A DNA stretch of 64,000 bases from positions 3,634,738 through 3,698,737 of the forward strand of contig OZ316896.1 of NCBI GenBank assembly GCA_973895155.1. The letters run 5' to 3'. The notes beneath the pieces were generated by a model. The model saw only the letters and a list, made by a program, of their open reading frames with translations. It did not search any database and was not told where the DNA came from. The DNA comes from Marsupella aquatica. Its lineage: Eukaryota > Plantae > Marchantiophyta. The translations under genes and the position numbers were made by a program. Below are positions 36,851 to 50,449 of this stretch, in pieces (within the stretch, counting starts at the first letter, position 1; the number at the start of each line of letters is the position of its first letter).

Positions 36851-39800
36851 GAATATTTTTCAGCATGTGCACTTTGGGTTGCCTGGTTGGTGAGGTGCAT
36901 ACATCACCCTCCTTGCCCCAACCTCCATCATTCTGTTTCTTCCTACACATTTATTCGATGGGACCTCATCCCAAAGTTTTCTCCCACCCAACATTCAAGA
37001 TAAAAAAATAATTATAAAAAAAAGTCACACCCAACCTCATGAGGTTTTAGGTGCTTCGATTTATGGTCTATCAACCGTTTGGATCACTGAGGTTTAGACT
37101 TTTAGCCGTTTTAGGTGCTTTGATTTAAGGCCTATCAACCCTTTAAGTCACTCGTGGGGTCCATCAAGTATCATTTTTCATTTTCGAGGTCTATGGAGAA
37201 ACGGTCTACTTTCTTTTGGGGGCATCATAACAATGTGGGGATTTTGTTTCATGAATAAAGGCTCATAGAAAAAGACTAAAGAAGAGTTTGAAGAAAATCG
37301 ATTTGTCCCACTGGTCAGTTTTAGGGCCTAGAGACAAAAGTTTCTTCTTCTTTTATCGATTTGTTTTTTAAAATAAAAGTGACAATGCAACCAATGTATT
37401 CCAGGGGCCGTCACGGCCAGGACCAGCGGGGCACGATGAAACCCGCACCCAACGGACCAGAACACATGGCCACCTATGCGAAAACAACAGGAGCCGCCCA
37501 CACGTGCCCCAAGGTCACCAACCAAAAACCTTGGGCCGATAATGGAACCAGGGTCAGCCACCTATAACATGCCCCAATTTCACCAACTAAAACCCTTGGG
37601 CCAAGAATGAAGGGTCAGCCACCTAAACACAGACATGTCATGAGTCGAGTAACTAATTCTATACATGGGGTGAGCGGTCCCATCACCTAGACCCGGGAGT
37701 ACTAAAGCTAGTCGACCTATGATGCCAACTGAAGAGTAGTTCTGGGCACTATCAGTACAAGGATCCCTATCAGTGGCAATATGTGCTACTACTCTGAGTT
37801 GTGCCATGTTGCCCACGGTATTCATACCAACACAGCAACTATGTCTACTTGCCTCCCTATTGGCTAGATGACTCCAACACTGTCTAGGTCTAGATTCAAG
37901 GAGGTAGAAAAAGGCCTCTTAGTGACCCTCTTATGTGGTTTACCCAGGAGCTCTACCAGAGTTTTCAGTTTCGTAAGGATTTTGTTTACTGTTGTGAGGG
38001 ACTTTTATGAGACTCTTTGGCTCCTTGGCTCTTTGGTCTTCCTTGGATACTTCCCTTGTTTTCTCCGCTGTATTGGGTCTCCTGCCTTTGAGATCCTTTC
38101 TCCTGGTTTGGGCCCGGGGTCCTCACTTATTTCCTTTCCACCCATCACGCAACTTAAGTTTAGTGTTTGTTTATTAGGGTAAGAAGAATACTTTCAAATT
38201 TTTGTAGAAGAACATTAGGGTTTTTAAAATCCAATTTTGAGAATTATAAGAAAAGAGAATCTTCCAGAAAGATAGGGTATTGGTAGAAAAATAGTTCCAA
38301 AAATGATTCTTATTTTTTGGGGTGTTTAATAGCTAAAAAAGTCGAGTGTGATATAAGACCCCTCTTGGAGTGAGGCCCCCAAGGGTTTGGGCACATTTTG
38401 TTGTTTGGTAATGTGATACACAACTTGAAAGTAGCTAGGGTTACTATTTGTATTGACTGGGTTTAGTAGACCCCACCTCTTTTTGTCAAAATTCACAACA
38501 TGCCGCCATTTTTTATTAATTATTACAATGCCACTATTTCTTGTCATGGCTTGTGAAGCTCAGAAGATAGTATGCTCCTCAAATTGCCAAATTGGAGAAT
38601 CTGACCGTCCATACGGGAGTCCATAGTGTTGAGTAAACAACCACTTCTTGAAACAACATGCACAATATCCAACAAACACACAAGTACTTGACACAAAGAG
38701 ATAAGTTTTCACCTCTCAAGAGTCTACTTCCATAGGAACACATAAGAAAATTTACTGAACTGTAGGCTCGTTGGCCACACCAAGTTTCCATAGGCTAAAC
38801 TCTCCCTATCTCTTAAATGGCTCCGTAATAATGAGCCTAACTTGCACTCACAAGATAATTGCTAGTGAATATAGTAGGGGCCCATCTAACATTAATCAAG
38901 TACCTGGGTACAGTTAGATTATCTGCAATTGCATAGTACCTCTAACCCCATGAGTAAATGTCTAACACCCACCCTGGGAGCAGGGAGTTGGTGGCCTAAT
39001 GTGAGGATGACGAAGGGTTGTGTTATTCCACCAAAAAAGGTGGCAATCTAGTGAAACCCGTAAAAGGTTATATCTTTTCTCCACAAGCAATCAAAATCAG
39101 GGCCTTTATTAACTGTTCAGAGTAACCAAGAAATTGGCCTACCTCTTGCATGGCCACACCTTGTATAAGGGTGGCTTTACAAGACATCATTGGCAAGTAC
39201 TTGAGACTCTTTTTTTGACAAAGCAAATTGGAGCACCAATTCATGTTCTAAAGATAGACTCCATACCCAAAACTTTTGAAACAAAGTTCAATAAATGCAA
39301 ATCCCTTGAATGAAGGAGCCACAGTTTGAAAATGCTTGGACCACCTTTGGAGGTGATCTAAGATTCTAGACAAAATAAGTACTACACATCAGCATTTACT
39401 TGGGCCCATTGTTTCTCATGTACAATCTGTAGACACCATTCCTCAATGGGCCCCAAGTTCTTGAAAGCCAATTGTAGCCATTTCCACTCATTATGTCGTC
39501 CACATGGAATAAAAAAGAAACAATAGGCCCATGAAGTGATATAAAACAGACACCTTTAATATACTTTTAAATAATTATAAAATTGCAACTTGTTTTGTTT
39601 ATAAAGCAGTGTGTTGGTCATCCACTGATTGCCAGACATAGCAAGCGAGATAGTAACGACTTGATTGTGTGCACACCAGGAATGCAGTGAAGAACAAGGT
39701 ACAGCGGATCATGGTGGGGAGGGAGGATGATGATGACATCATTTTCCGACGACGAACACCATCACCACCGGCAAGTGCAGAAGCAGTAAGGCAGTTCATG

Positions 39801-40714
39801 AAAGAGGTAAGGTCCAAATCAAACTCAGATTTGTACCCTTGCTTTGTTGAGAAGGAACTCCTCGCCTCCTAATGCAAGGAATACTGGGTGTGAGTTGGTT
39901 CCAAAGTGACACATATGACTTCCGTGGCGGATCGTAGGGTGATGGGACGAGCACCAAAAGCGGACAACAAATTGTGCCAGGCCCATGACCAAAGAGGGTT
40001 GGGTCACAATAGGCTGAACTATCACAACAAGTCTCTAATGCACTTTACCTTTGTTTGGAGGATCAACCATCAAAAACTATAGGAACCATGTGCAATACTA
40101 AGTAAGTATTTTTGATCGCAAATAACAAACTTTGTTTAAAACATGTGAGGTGAAAGAAGGTATCATCAACTCAAGTTTATAGTCAAAATGTTTTCTAATA
40201 TGTCTTTTGTTAAATAAAATAGATAATTCATACTGAAATTAGAATATTACTAGAGTATTTTCTTTACAACATAGGTGCATCTATATTAGGCTAGGATTGC
40301 ATGTGGTAAACCAAAAGACAGAGTAACTTAATCCCAGCCCTTTTGGTACCAATGAACCGCTGCCTTGTTAGTTAGTGATGACAATGGGATTTGAGTTTGA
40401 AAATCCCCCCTTGGTTGTAAATGTTTTCCAAGTCTGCACCATATGAAACTGTTCAATCCTTTACAAAAGTTACAAATGTTTTGTATACACTTATTGTCAT
40501 CAAGGAAAATTAATGGGCAAGTGTTTGGTCCTATTAGCATCATATCTTAGGGGTTCATTTTCACAAAAATGACACATCACTTGCAACAAAGGATACTAGG
40601 GTCATTTTATTGGTTCTAAGCCAGGGAATACTTAAGAATTTTCTCAAAAGAACATTAAGGTCTTCTAATCCAATTGTGAGACTTACAAGTCCATTAGTCT
40701 TTTAAATCAAAATT

Positions 40715-40844
40715 TTGGAATATTCCAAGTATATTCCAACTCTACAGGGGTAAAAATTAATTATTGTTTTTTACATTTTAGGGGGTCCGAGGCCTAAAAA
40801 CTCGCAGGTGATGGGGAGGCCTCCATATAGTCACACCCCCGAGC
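40715..40844. repeat. Dispersed repeat fragment, inverted copy of 13238-13376
   Basis: Reverse-complement alignment to 13238-13376; adjacent 40640-40690 also resembles 38200-38250. Confidence 0.7.
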
Positions 40845-41927
40845 GTCATATGCATCAAAAATACTCTATCACGAGATGGGGCGATCACAACATGGGCCAA
40901 AATACATCTCCAATTAAAATATCTCTGTGAACGAGGTATCCAAGAAAATAGTCACCTCAAAATGCCCTAGAAGTATTGCAAGGCAGGTTTTAGCAAACAA
41001 CTAGGTTGTTACTACCACCGGCTGCTAAAGCAACTCGCACTAGTTCAAGAGAATGTGATAGAAACCTATCTATAACGACCCTAATGATCGAGCGCATCCC
41101 TTCCTACCACATAAGCAAAATTATGGTAGGTTGCAAACAATGCCTATGGCACCGCTTGCCCCTGCAAATGCCTTTGGGGTTGCTTATGGAAAGAACATGG
41201 CAAAAGAATAAGCAAGGAGAGAGAGTAAGAATGAGGAGAGGTGAGGTGAGAAGAGTAAGAATGAGGAAAAATAAGGAAGAACTCTCCTTTTTATGCTAAT
41301 CTTGCCCTTACCCTAATTAATGTCATTGACATCTACCCTATGTTAATCTTGTACTTGTGGTAGTAATGAAAAGTACATAGAACCCAAATCTTCTATAATT
41401 ACTCAAATGAAAATGAAATTGAAAACTAAAATTTATGTTGTTAAAAAGTTATAAAAAGTTTAGAAGGAGAGGAAAGGAGCATCCTTTCCTTTTTGATTTT
41501 ACTCAATTAAAATATGTCCCCAACCTGAGTGCTCCCCCTCTTCCAAGAAAATTTGAAAAATAAACAAAGATTTTTAAAAAGCAAAATGCCCCCCCCCCCC
41601 CCCCCCCCTTTTTTTTAATAGAGAATATATATTATGAAAAATTAGGGGAAAAAAACACGTAAAGTACCCATAATATTCCACCCAAGTCCACCCTAAGAAG
41701 AGGAAAATAATTACAATAAAAGATGTTGTTCTGGTGAGCGCCCACCCTTCTCTCCCCATAAAATATGGAAAGAACAAAGTAAATGTTATTTTCATGTCTT
41801 TTTGTCTCATTTGGTTGGACTTTCACTTTTGGGTCCGGTAACTGCACATCAAAATATGACATTTGTACGACATCCTTTCATACCATGATAAACCCGTTAT
41901 TTTCCTTAAATCAATAAGTGCACACTG

Positions 41928-42132
41928 TATATTACCGCATTTTGATGTGTGATTAGCAACAGGATTCACTCTCCCCGTGTAGCTCGTCATGAACTTTTTT
42001 TGATTGATTTGAATACTGTCGCTTGTTAAGTATAGTACCGCATTTTGATGTGTGATTAGCTGCAGGGTTCACTCTCCCCATGTGGCTCATCATGAACTTA
42101 TTTGATTGATTTGAATACTGTCCCTTGATAAG
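41928..42132 (+). repeat. ~103-bp tandem duplication
   Basis: TACCGCATTTTGATGTGTGATTAGC..CAGG.TTCACTCTCCCC.TGT.GCTC.TCATGAACTT.TTTGATTGATTTGAATACTGTC occurs twice. Confidence 0.9.
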
Positions 42133-42882
42133 TCCAGAGTATTCTGGGGCCTTTTTTGGGCCCCCGTCCATCATAGCAACTGAACATAGTTTGAGCCTGA
42201 GCCAAACTTAGTTTCAGTCACTGCTGGAATGCACACAGTATTTAGTCCAAAGTATTTTGGAGCCTATTTCGGGCCCCCATCACAAAATATAGATTTAAAG
42301 TCTCCGCTGAACTGCTTGGATTCATGATTGATGAGGAGGCGGTCGAGTAGACATGTGGAAAATCTTCCTTTACAAAATATTTTGATTCATATGTTGTTGA
42401 GATAATACACAGTGGAGCAAACCTCCACAGTTTCCAATAACGCAATGACTTCGCCGTATAGAGATCCAATTTTAAGGTGATTCTGTACTGATAAGGTACT
42501 ACCCTATCCATAATACCGGGCTGTCATTAAGCCCAGTCCCTTTTTGACGTGATAAATTATAACAATGGTTTGACACCGATCTTATGTACAAAATTTGTGT
42601 AACTGCACTGTCTACTCTGTACCTTCTACATTATAACTCGTAGTGACCCAACAAGAGCAAAGTGCTTAAACTATGGACAGACTCTTGTCAACTGGGTAAA
42701 GACGGGAAGGCTCAGCTTCTCAGTCGGAAGTGATGGATAGAAGCATGCTACCCCTTTTGGCGTGGAATATCTCGTCTCTCGGATGGACTGAGAAACTCAA
42801 CTCTGTATAATCGTAGCCTTGGTTTCGAATCTAAAAAGAAAGAAACAAGTTGATGGACAGCCCCCCAAGTATATCCTAATCA

Positions 42883-45800
42883 TCAATCCAACTGGGAACT
42901 TGCCACCAGATCCTCCACATAATCACTCAACACTTGATCATAAAGCTTCTTGAGCCGCTCCAGTGCCCGATCCTTCTCCTTTTCAGAGGCATTATCCAGT
43001 TGAAAATGACCTGCAATGAAGCGTTGAAAGCCATCTTCTGCCTCAAACTGCCACTCCACAACCATGACCACCACCAAACCTCAACAAACTTAGTTTACCC
43101 CCTCAGCCTCATGGTCACATCACATAGAACTTGTGAGGCATAAATTTGTGAGGAATAGATTTGTGAGATCCCGGGTGATCAGTTCACCAATACGACACCA
43201 ATTTGTTAAAATTCGGGGACCAAGGCCATGCTCTCCGTTGATGGACATACATCCCCAGAGACAATATGACCTCCAAAACCTTTTTTTTCCCCACCATGCA
43301 ATGTGACAGGACACTAAGTAGTACTGGTCTTATATTGTAGGGATACAATAATATCATCACTCCTAGAGCTGAGCTATTTCACACGAGTAAGCGATGTTGG
43401 GTACACAACCGGCCTAGTGTCGACTCCTGAATCAATATACCCGAAGATTTGTGCATCTATACCACAACCCCCTCGTTAGTGAAGCAAAGAGATAGTAGTA
43501 GCCAGTCTACCCGACGATTTGTGCTTCTATACCACAACCCCCTAGTTAGTGAAGCAAAGAGATAGTGGTAGCCAGTCCTGTAAAATTACATTGGCCTGGC
43601 GATTGCCCTTCCCCTTCAAAGATCCTACGAGGATAGTTATCTCCCTACAATGAGTTTAAGTTGAATCCGGAACAAAGTCTTCAAAAAACTTTCCTCCGAT
43701 GAAACACAATGGATACACATGGGGAGAGGTCACAGGAACGTACTTTCACATCAAGTTTTGAGTTTGTGGCAGGTGCGACATAATGCAAGAATGACAATGA
43801 TGGAGAGTTCAACACTACAGTAAAGAGTGGCAATGATGGAGAGTTCAATACTACTGTAAAGAGAAGCAGTCTCTGATTCAATGCACGCTCCCAGAAGTGA
43901 AAGATACAAGCAATGGTGACTTTGAAGCAGGAAAACTCACAAACTTGAGGTCTAATTGATGGAAGCTTTTGAACTTCAGATGTACTTGCATTATTATTAA
44001 CATGAATCAAGAACCGAATCCATCGAGCTGAGACTAACTCAGACAGAAATCCTACCTTAGCAGCCCAGCTAGCATGAGAGCATTGTACACTCAAATATAG
44101 ATGGTCCTGCTGACCCCAGACTTGCGTCCTAAGTTTGACTACCATCTTCACAGAAGCCATCATTTCCAGAAACCCTTGAACCACCCTAAGAACTATTGTG
44201 TATGGACTCGAGCAGTGGCAAACAAGTACCTGGGCACGACCTCCAGCATCATAACACGCCTTGGCGAGACCACTAAGGTCTACTTTGTGACCGACAACTT
44301 GGGGCTTTCCCGTTGGAACAGGCTTCCCCTTAGCGCGCAGATAATCATACACTGTTCTGACTGCAAAACGCTGGTCCTCCAAAAGCGGCGCTCCTGTCAC
44401 TTCAGAAAAGTTAACGCAGATTATTGTGTGACTTATTTAAGATTCATACCTGCAGCACAAAATTGACGGGCTAAAGCAGCAAATCATCGTAGCTTTACTA
44501 GTATGCAGAGTTTACTGAACTCTCCTGTGACACATTTCGCACCCACCCAAGGCTTCACTAGTTCCGTGACTAGGCAAGATGCAAGAATTTGCCTGGTAAC
44601 AGTCTGCACATCTTGCTCGGCATTTAATTGTCAACCTGACGATGAGTACAACTCTAGTGCTCATACCTCAAGATTAGCTATGCTAAAAGAATTCGCAGGC
44701 GAGTAAAACTCACAAGAGTAGGAAAAGGTAGACTTACTTACAAGCATGTATGTTGTGGTGAGCGTGACCTGATTCCAAAAGACCCAACTCTCCATCTTGA
44801 GCAGCAGTCCAACCAGGCTCGTATGCCTCCAAAAATGCCTGCTTCGCTTTGTTGGGCAAATCGTGCGGGTGGACGAATGGAACACCTGCTGGCCATCCCA
44901 TCTCTGCCCTCATTGCAGCACAAGGGCTATCAAGAGTGTTAATGTGTTGTTCTTCGCAATCCTTGAAATTACAGAACCGGATTTTGAGTCCTTTGCTGTC
45001 CGCGATTTCTTGTACTCTTTCCTTCAGAACCCTCTGCGCTTCAAGCCGTAATCTCTTGGAAGGAGCGAGGGGCTTCCCTCTCGAAGCTTGTTTTCTCCTC
45101 TTGTTCATCGTACCAGTCTTGAGTGCAGGGTCTGCCGCGAATGGGACCACTGCAACAATTCGTTAGTTCAGTCGTCACGTAATAAAATCAGAGAAAATGG
45201 AAAACACAGCAATGCAGTACTACGAAGACCGCAGCATCGAGAGTGCGGGGTCTAAGCAACCTCCTCATAGAAATTCCTCAATGCACGAATTTCAAGTTCA
45301 ACTATGCTCAAAGACGCGGGGACCCGATTCTGGGCACTTAACAGTTTGGCTTGAAGGCAGAAGTGTCGCCAAGCATGCTGGACTCTATTCGTTGACCTAC
45401 AGAAACACGGGCCCAAGTTAGACTCGAGCACAACTATGATTGGCAAATCCAGTGACATTCTCCAAATACAAAAGCCTCGACTAGGGACCTACTCTCGGTC
45501 GGTGCAGGAAACGAGAAAGACGGCAGCCCTGTGCGAGTGACGAGCTGGTCCATGGGATGAGGTCGCTGCATGAAGTCCTGGACGCCAATGGGCACAATGA
45601 AAGGACCTGAGACTGCGTGGTCCGCGGCTGTCATCGCCGAGCAGTGGAGGATAGCCGTGGCGCGAGGCATGAGCTTGAACGCCACAGTGCACCTTCCATA
45701 CATCTGAGCGTGAGCGGGGCTAATCTCTGTGCGGTGGAGCGCGGGACTGAGGTACCCAGCTGTGGCTTGGTACAGAGACAGTCCCGAAAACAGCACCATG

Positions 45801-46537
45801 TCCTGGGGACCAAGATCACCGTCAGCAAGAATCCAGCGCCCATTAACGTCACGAATGTACAAGCCCGGCTTGTCCGATTTCATGAGCGTGAGAAGGCCCT
45901 TCTCCGCGTGCGGTTCGTGGTCGTCGAAAAGAGGCATGTGAGGCTGGTCGGGAAGAGATACTCCACCAGAATGATGAGCCCCAGGCCTGCCGTAGCAGCA
46001 AGAGGACAATACCGACGTCGAAACCTCCCCAGCCTTGAGAGGCACATTGTCGAGCAAATCATTGAAGCAAAAACTCCGTAGGTCCATAGAGCATCCAATG
46101 GCGTCCAGTATTGTGCGGGTGGCCGTTCCCAAGGCCGAAAAGAGCTCCGGCAATCCAGCGGGAGGGAGCTCTGGCCCATTACTGGCCTCGGCGGGGCTCC
46201 TTCCGGGCCGGTAGTCATACAATTCCCTCACATGATGAGGCTCTGCGTAATACCCCACGGTTCTGTTCCAATCTGCGGGGTCATCTACGTGCACCGATTC
46301 TCCACCAGGAGCGGGGCGCTGGTGGAAAAACATGCGAACAGAATCGAGAACACAGCGCAGGAGAACTTCGTGTCCCGGAGGTAGTTGCACTACGACCATG
46401 TTAAATCTCGCCAGGGATTGGGCGAGCGAATTTACTGCATGCTTGTATGCGTCCGAAGGTAATCCGTCGGTGGCCATGAGATCCACTAACCGTACATGGC
46501 CCAGTTGAGGCATACCGGCGCCCGACATTGCGCCCAT
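42883..46537 (-). CDS. 2OG-Fe(II) dioxygenase-fold protein with NLS-like motifs and C-terminal ARID-like domain (Arabidopsis AT3G12940/AT3G19895-like family, recalled from memory)
   Basis: Exons 46537(or 46528)-45493, 45149-44742, 44399-44230, 43047-42883. Motifs: HAEKGLLTL..D..GL.I....G.W...LHRT...GRCTVAF; KPLAPSKRLRLEAQRVLKERVQEIAD; GWPAGVPFVHPHDLPNKAK; PQVVGHKVDLSGLAKACYDAGG...LKKLYDQVLSDY. Confidence 0.85.
43438..43577 (+). repeat. ~70-bp tandem duplication within an intron
   Basis: ACCCGA.GATTTGTGC.TCTATACCACAACCCC...GTTAGTGAAGCAAAGAGATAGT.GTAGCCAGTC occurs twice. Confidence 0.9.
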
Positions 46538-47889
46538 GCACTGCTTCCGCCTCCACAAAACCTTATTCAAAATTCCCTTCCGGTCTTCAGTCTCACGACT
46601 TCTTGATTTCCAGCGGGCCTCTTCTCCTCAGAAAACTTTTCGGGCTCACTTCCGCGTGAGGGAGGCATCTATCTCTCCTCCCTGTGTACCACCTTTCCTA
46701 TTTCTACTACTCTGTCGGATTGTTTCGCGAGTTTAATTCGCTTGATATATGTTCTTCCCCAAACCGCCTAAAAGGCCATGAAAGCATTCACGAATCCCGG
46801 CTCTTCCAGGTGCACCGTCGGATCATAGTCGGGCTCGAACTGAAAATGTTTCTCCATAATTTCCCTGCACAGCCAGTATCCATGCAACACTTGATTTCCG
46901 TCTCTTCTTCCCACCACTTCAGCAGCAGTACTCACTACTATACTTAAAATACTTCCATGCTTCTTCACCGGTATACAACCACGCTTGCCCGTCTCCATTA
47001 GAGCTGGAATTTCCCCTTTCCTACTACTTATTCTCCTTTGACCTTGCTACTACTGGGCATGGGATCATCATTACAAAACGTGAAGAGAACCACTGAGCCT
47101 AAAAAGTCAGCTCCAACATACTTTATGCACTCAGACCGAATTGGGTAAAGAACCGAGGCTTTACCAGCATTCCGTGCACGGCCACTCGGTAGAATTTGGC
47201 AAGCAATAATCCTGCTTACAGCTTTTGGGGTTGATTCTGACTGAGATGATGTGCTCTAGGGTGAATAATTCCAGCCGAAAGCAGACTCACATGGGAGGGT
47301 GATCACTTCTCTCTGTACAGAACCTCCCGACGTTGGGTTGCTCACCCTTCTTCGCGAACACTGATGGTATCAAGAGAACCACATCAAAACCCCTAATCGT
47401 TCAACTGTCGAAAAACAATAAATCGCCACTTCCTGCAACTCTGAGCTATCGACATGTCTCTTTCCATGGATGGACAAAACCCTATACCTAACAGTAGAAA
47501 AAGGGAGGTAGGGTCACATCTTGTAGTTTGAGACAGATACCGAAATTCTACGACCTCTCAGATACAGCCCTGCCTAACCAAGCCCAGACGAAATTTCCAG
47601 GATCTCCCAGAAACAACGCCTGGGAGGGAATTGATGCTGCTTCAGCAGGAATTTAAAACGAACACTACACCAAGAAGCCTCTCTCATTCTCACTTCTTCC
47701 TTTCTCACAAATCTACTCTCCAAGACCCCAATTCCGCCACCACCACGGCGCGGGAAGGGCTCTGATTTTCACCCGTTCCTTTCCTCTCGGACCCCAGAAA
47801 CCTCTCCGTCAAAATTACTCTCTGACGCAAACCCCTTTCTCGCAACACCCACACACTCGTGCACTAGCAGCAAAGAAACTGTCTCGGAC

Positions 47890-47890
47890 C

Positions 47891-47925
<35 letters not shown>

Positions 47926-48353
47926 CTCTCTCACGTTGTGTGTGGAAACGCAGACGCTGACGCAGGTCACAGATTCTTCAACGGGCAGGACCCTAGTCTT
48001 TTCCTCTAAATCTCCGTCACTCTTAACAAAGCGTGCGCGAAGAAAAACGGTGGATAGAAAGGGCACAGCTACCGTAGCAGTGGAGCGTCGGGCGCAGAAA
48101 GGAGCAGAAGCTTCGATAGCAAGTCACAGCACAGCACAGCACACTGCACAGCACAGCACACCACACCACACCACACTGGCCCCACTCCACTCCACTCCAC
48201 TCCACTTCCAACAGGCAGCTCCGCTCCGGCTGAGCTCGAGACTGCTCTCACTACCACACACCTTCTCCTTCTTCCCGGACACGAAAGCCCCAATTTATTC
48301 AGGGCTGGCAACAGAGAAAATCAATGACAGATGACGCACCAACCTCTCACTCA

Positions 48354-48395
<42 letters not shown>

Positions 48396-48892
48396 ATCAA
48401 TCACACACTCCATCATCCATTTTTCTTTCTCTTCCTCTCCTCTCTCTGCTCACCTCCTCCTCTTCCTCCGCAGCAGCACCAGTGCCATGCCGGCTACCAC
48501 TATGATGGGAAGAAGGACAGGGGAGTAAAGCTCCCCTCTCCCCCTTCCCCCTTTGTCTTCTCCTTCTCCTTCCCCCACTTCCCCCCACCAGCCACCACCA
48601 CCACTCACCACCACCACCACAGCAAAACCCACAACAGCAGCAGCAACAGCAAACAAATCCCCTCTCTCCCCAAATTCCAACGACCTTTCGTTCCTCCCTT
48701 TCCCGCCCCACAACACTAACTTACTGCTCCCCCAAGCTCCTCATCATCGCCATCGCCTCCGTGCTTTGCTCACTCTCTCTCTCTCAGCTCATCTCCCTCC
48801 CTCAGAAATCGACTTCGCTTCTTTCTTTCACCACCCCGGTCAGTCTGTCCGTCCGTCACCCAGTCAGTCAGTCAATCAATCAATCAATCAAT
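47890..48892. repeat. Microsatellite-rich putative 5' UTR/promoter of the 2OG-ARID gene: (CT)n, (CACAG)n, (CACTC)n, (CAAT)n
   Basis: (CT)n at 47892-47932 and 48358-48392; pentamer arrays 48125-48205; (TCAA)n ~48872-48891. Confidence 0.7.
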
Positions 48893-50449
48893 GCAGATCC
48901 TGGTGCTTGGCTTCTGCAGCAGGAAGGAGCAGAAAACCGAGGAATCGAGTTTTCGTTCCAGTCAGAATTCGTCAAGAGCATCATTCTGTCCTCTCTTTGC
49001 TCTCTCTCTACGAACGGACGACAGGAAGAAAAAGGAATTTGTTTTATTTTCCCTGCCCTGTCTCGTCGGGCTACTGCTAACTACTCTATTTTTGCGCTTT
49101 TTCTTGCTGCTGCTGCCCCGCTGGACCAACTCGTGACAAACGGACGAGATGGGCCGGGCTGGGGCAGTCAACACCCCCTCCTCCGTTGCCTGTACTGCTC
49201 AAACAACTCTGTGGAGTAGTTTAGTAGTAAGTACAGTAAAAGTTCTGCTTCGCTTCGTCCTTCTGCCCGGCCCGCCCGACTGACCATCCGCCCGCGCGTC
49301 GTTGTCCACCAACGGAGAGCATATTCCGTCCGTCACGGCTTGTGGGTTTGGGCAGTACGATGGGTATCGGACGGCTCCCGTGCGCCGACGCACGGAGACG
49401 CGTCGGGCCGGGCCCAAACGAGAAGTCTGCCTTCCCGTGCCCCACTGCCCAGCTTTGATGCGGCCTGCCCTGCTGCCACGCCCCGCCTGCCCCGCCCCGC
49501 CCATGTCACTCGGGCCCCGCTGCCCATCCTGCCCGCTGGCCTCTTTTATTTATTTTTGTTTTCCCGGCCCGCCGCAACCAGGAGGAGGGGTAGGTGCCCC
49601 ACTGCCCACGGGGAGAGCAGAACAAAACAGAATATGAAATTTGCTCACAACACTGCCCGTTTACGGCCCCCCTCCTTTTTGCCTGCCCTCGTGCTTCTCC
49701 GGAGATTCCAAATGACCGGCAAATAATTCGCGCCCTCGCCGGGCGGCCGGGGCACCTGGATCTTCCGGCGACAAAATTATAAATCAGTTTCAAGATTTTC
49801 GAAACCTCCACAGGTCTCGGTGTACCGTCGATCTCATCTTTGGACGACTGGCGTAAATTGTAATTATATCTGCGTTTTTTCGTCGAGGGCTAGACCGGGA
49901 TCAGCGGGGCCAGCCCGTGGCTTTGACCTACGACGCCGGTTTCCAGGAGCCGCCGCTGCCCGGGGGACATTCTCCACCGCACACGAAATCTCCCCGTGCT
50001 CCCGCTTTACGGCCGGGCGGGCGGGCGGGGGCCCCTTCCTTTTCTTTGTTTTTTGTGTCTTTTTTTCTTTTTCCTTTGGTTTGTTTTTTGTCTTGCAATG
50101 GAAGAAGGGAGGTAACACTTATTCAATTCGTCTCAACTCAGGTCCTAGCCTCCGCTCGTTACTAATTAAACATCACTTTAGAGGATCAGTAGGGTAGGAG
50201 ATAAGATGTGGGGAGCATATTGTTCATGGTTATTTTTGGCTGGCCAAAGTTCAAAGTAAGTTTAGTTGTTAGAGAGATATGATAATTGGACTCTTAAATT
50301 GAGAATTGGATCCTGTGATGCCCCATGTGGTTTTGCGTACATTAATTTACAGTCCATCAACAGTCTGGATCACTAAAGGGGTCAATCAGTTAACACTTTT
50401 CATTATGAGGGTCTGTCAAGTATATCTTTTTGTTGTTGTGATCTGCTTG

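Noticed and set aside
15044-41608. Long poly-C/G runs (~15050, ~23370, ~33120, ~41595)
   Set aside because: Simple homopolymer expansions with unreliable assembled lengths; the one at ~33120 lies in the L1 GGLG codons.
47815-50197. Many overlapping ORFs of 60-175 aa
   Set aside because: Low-complexity GC/CT-rich promoter/UTR sequence lacking stops by composition.
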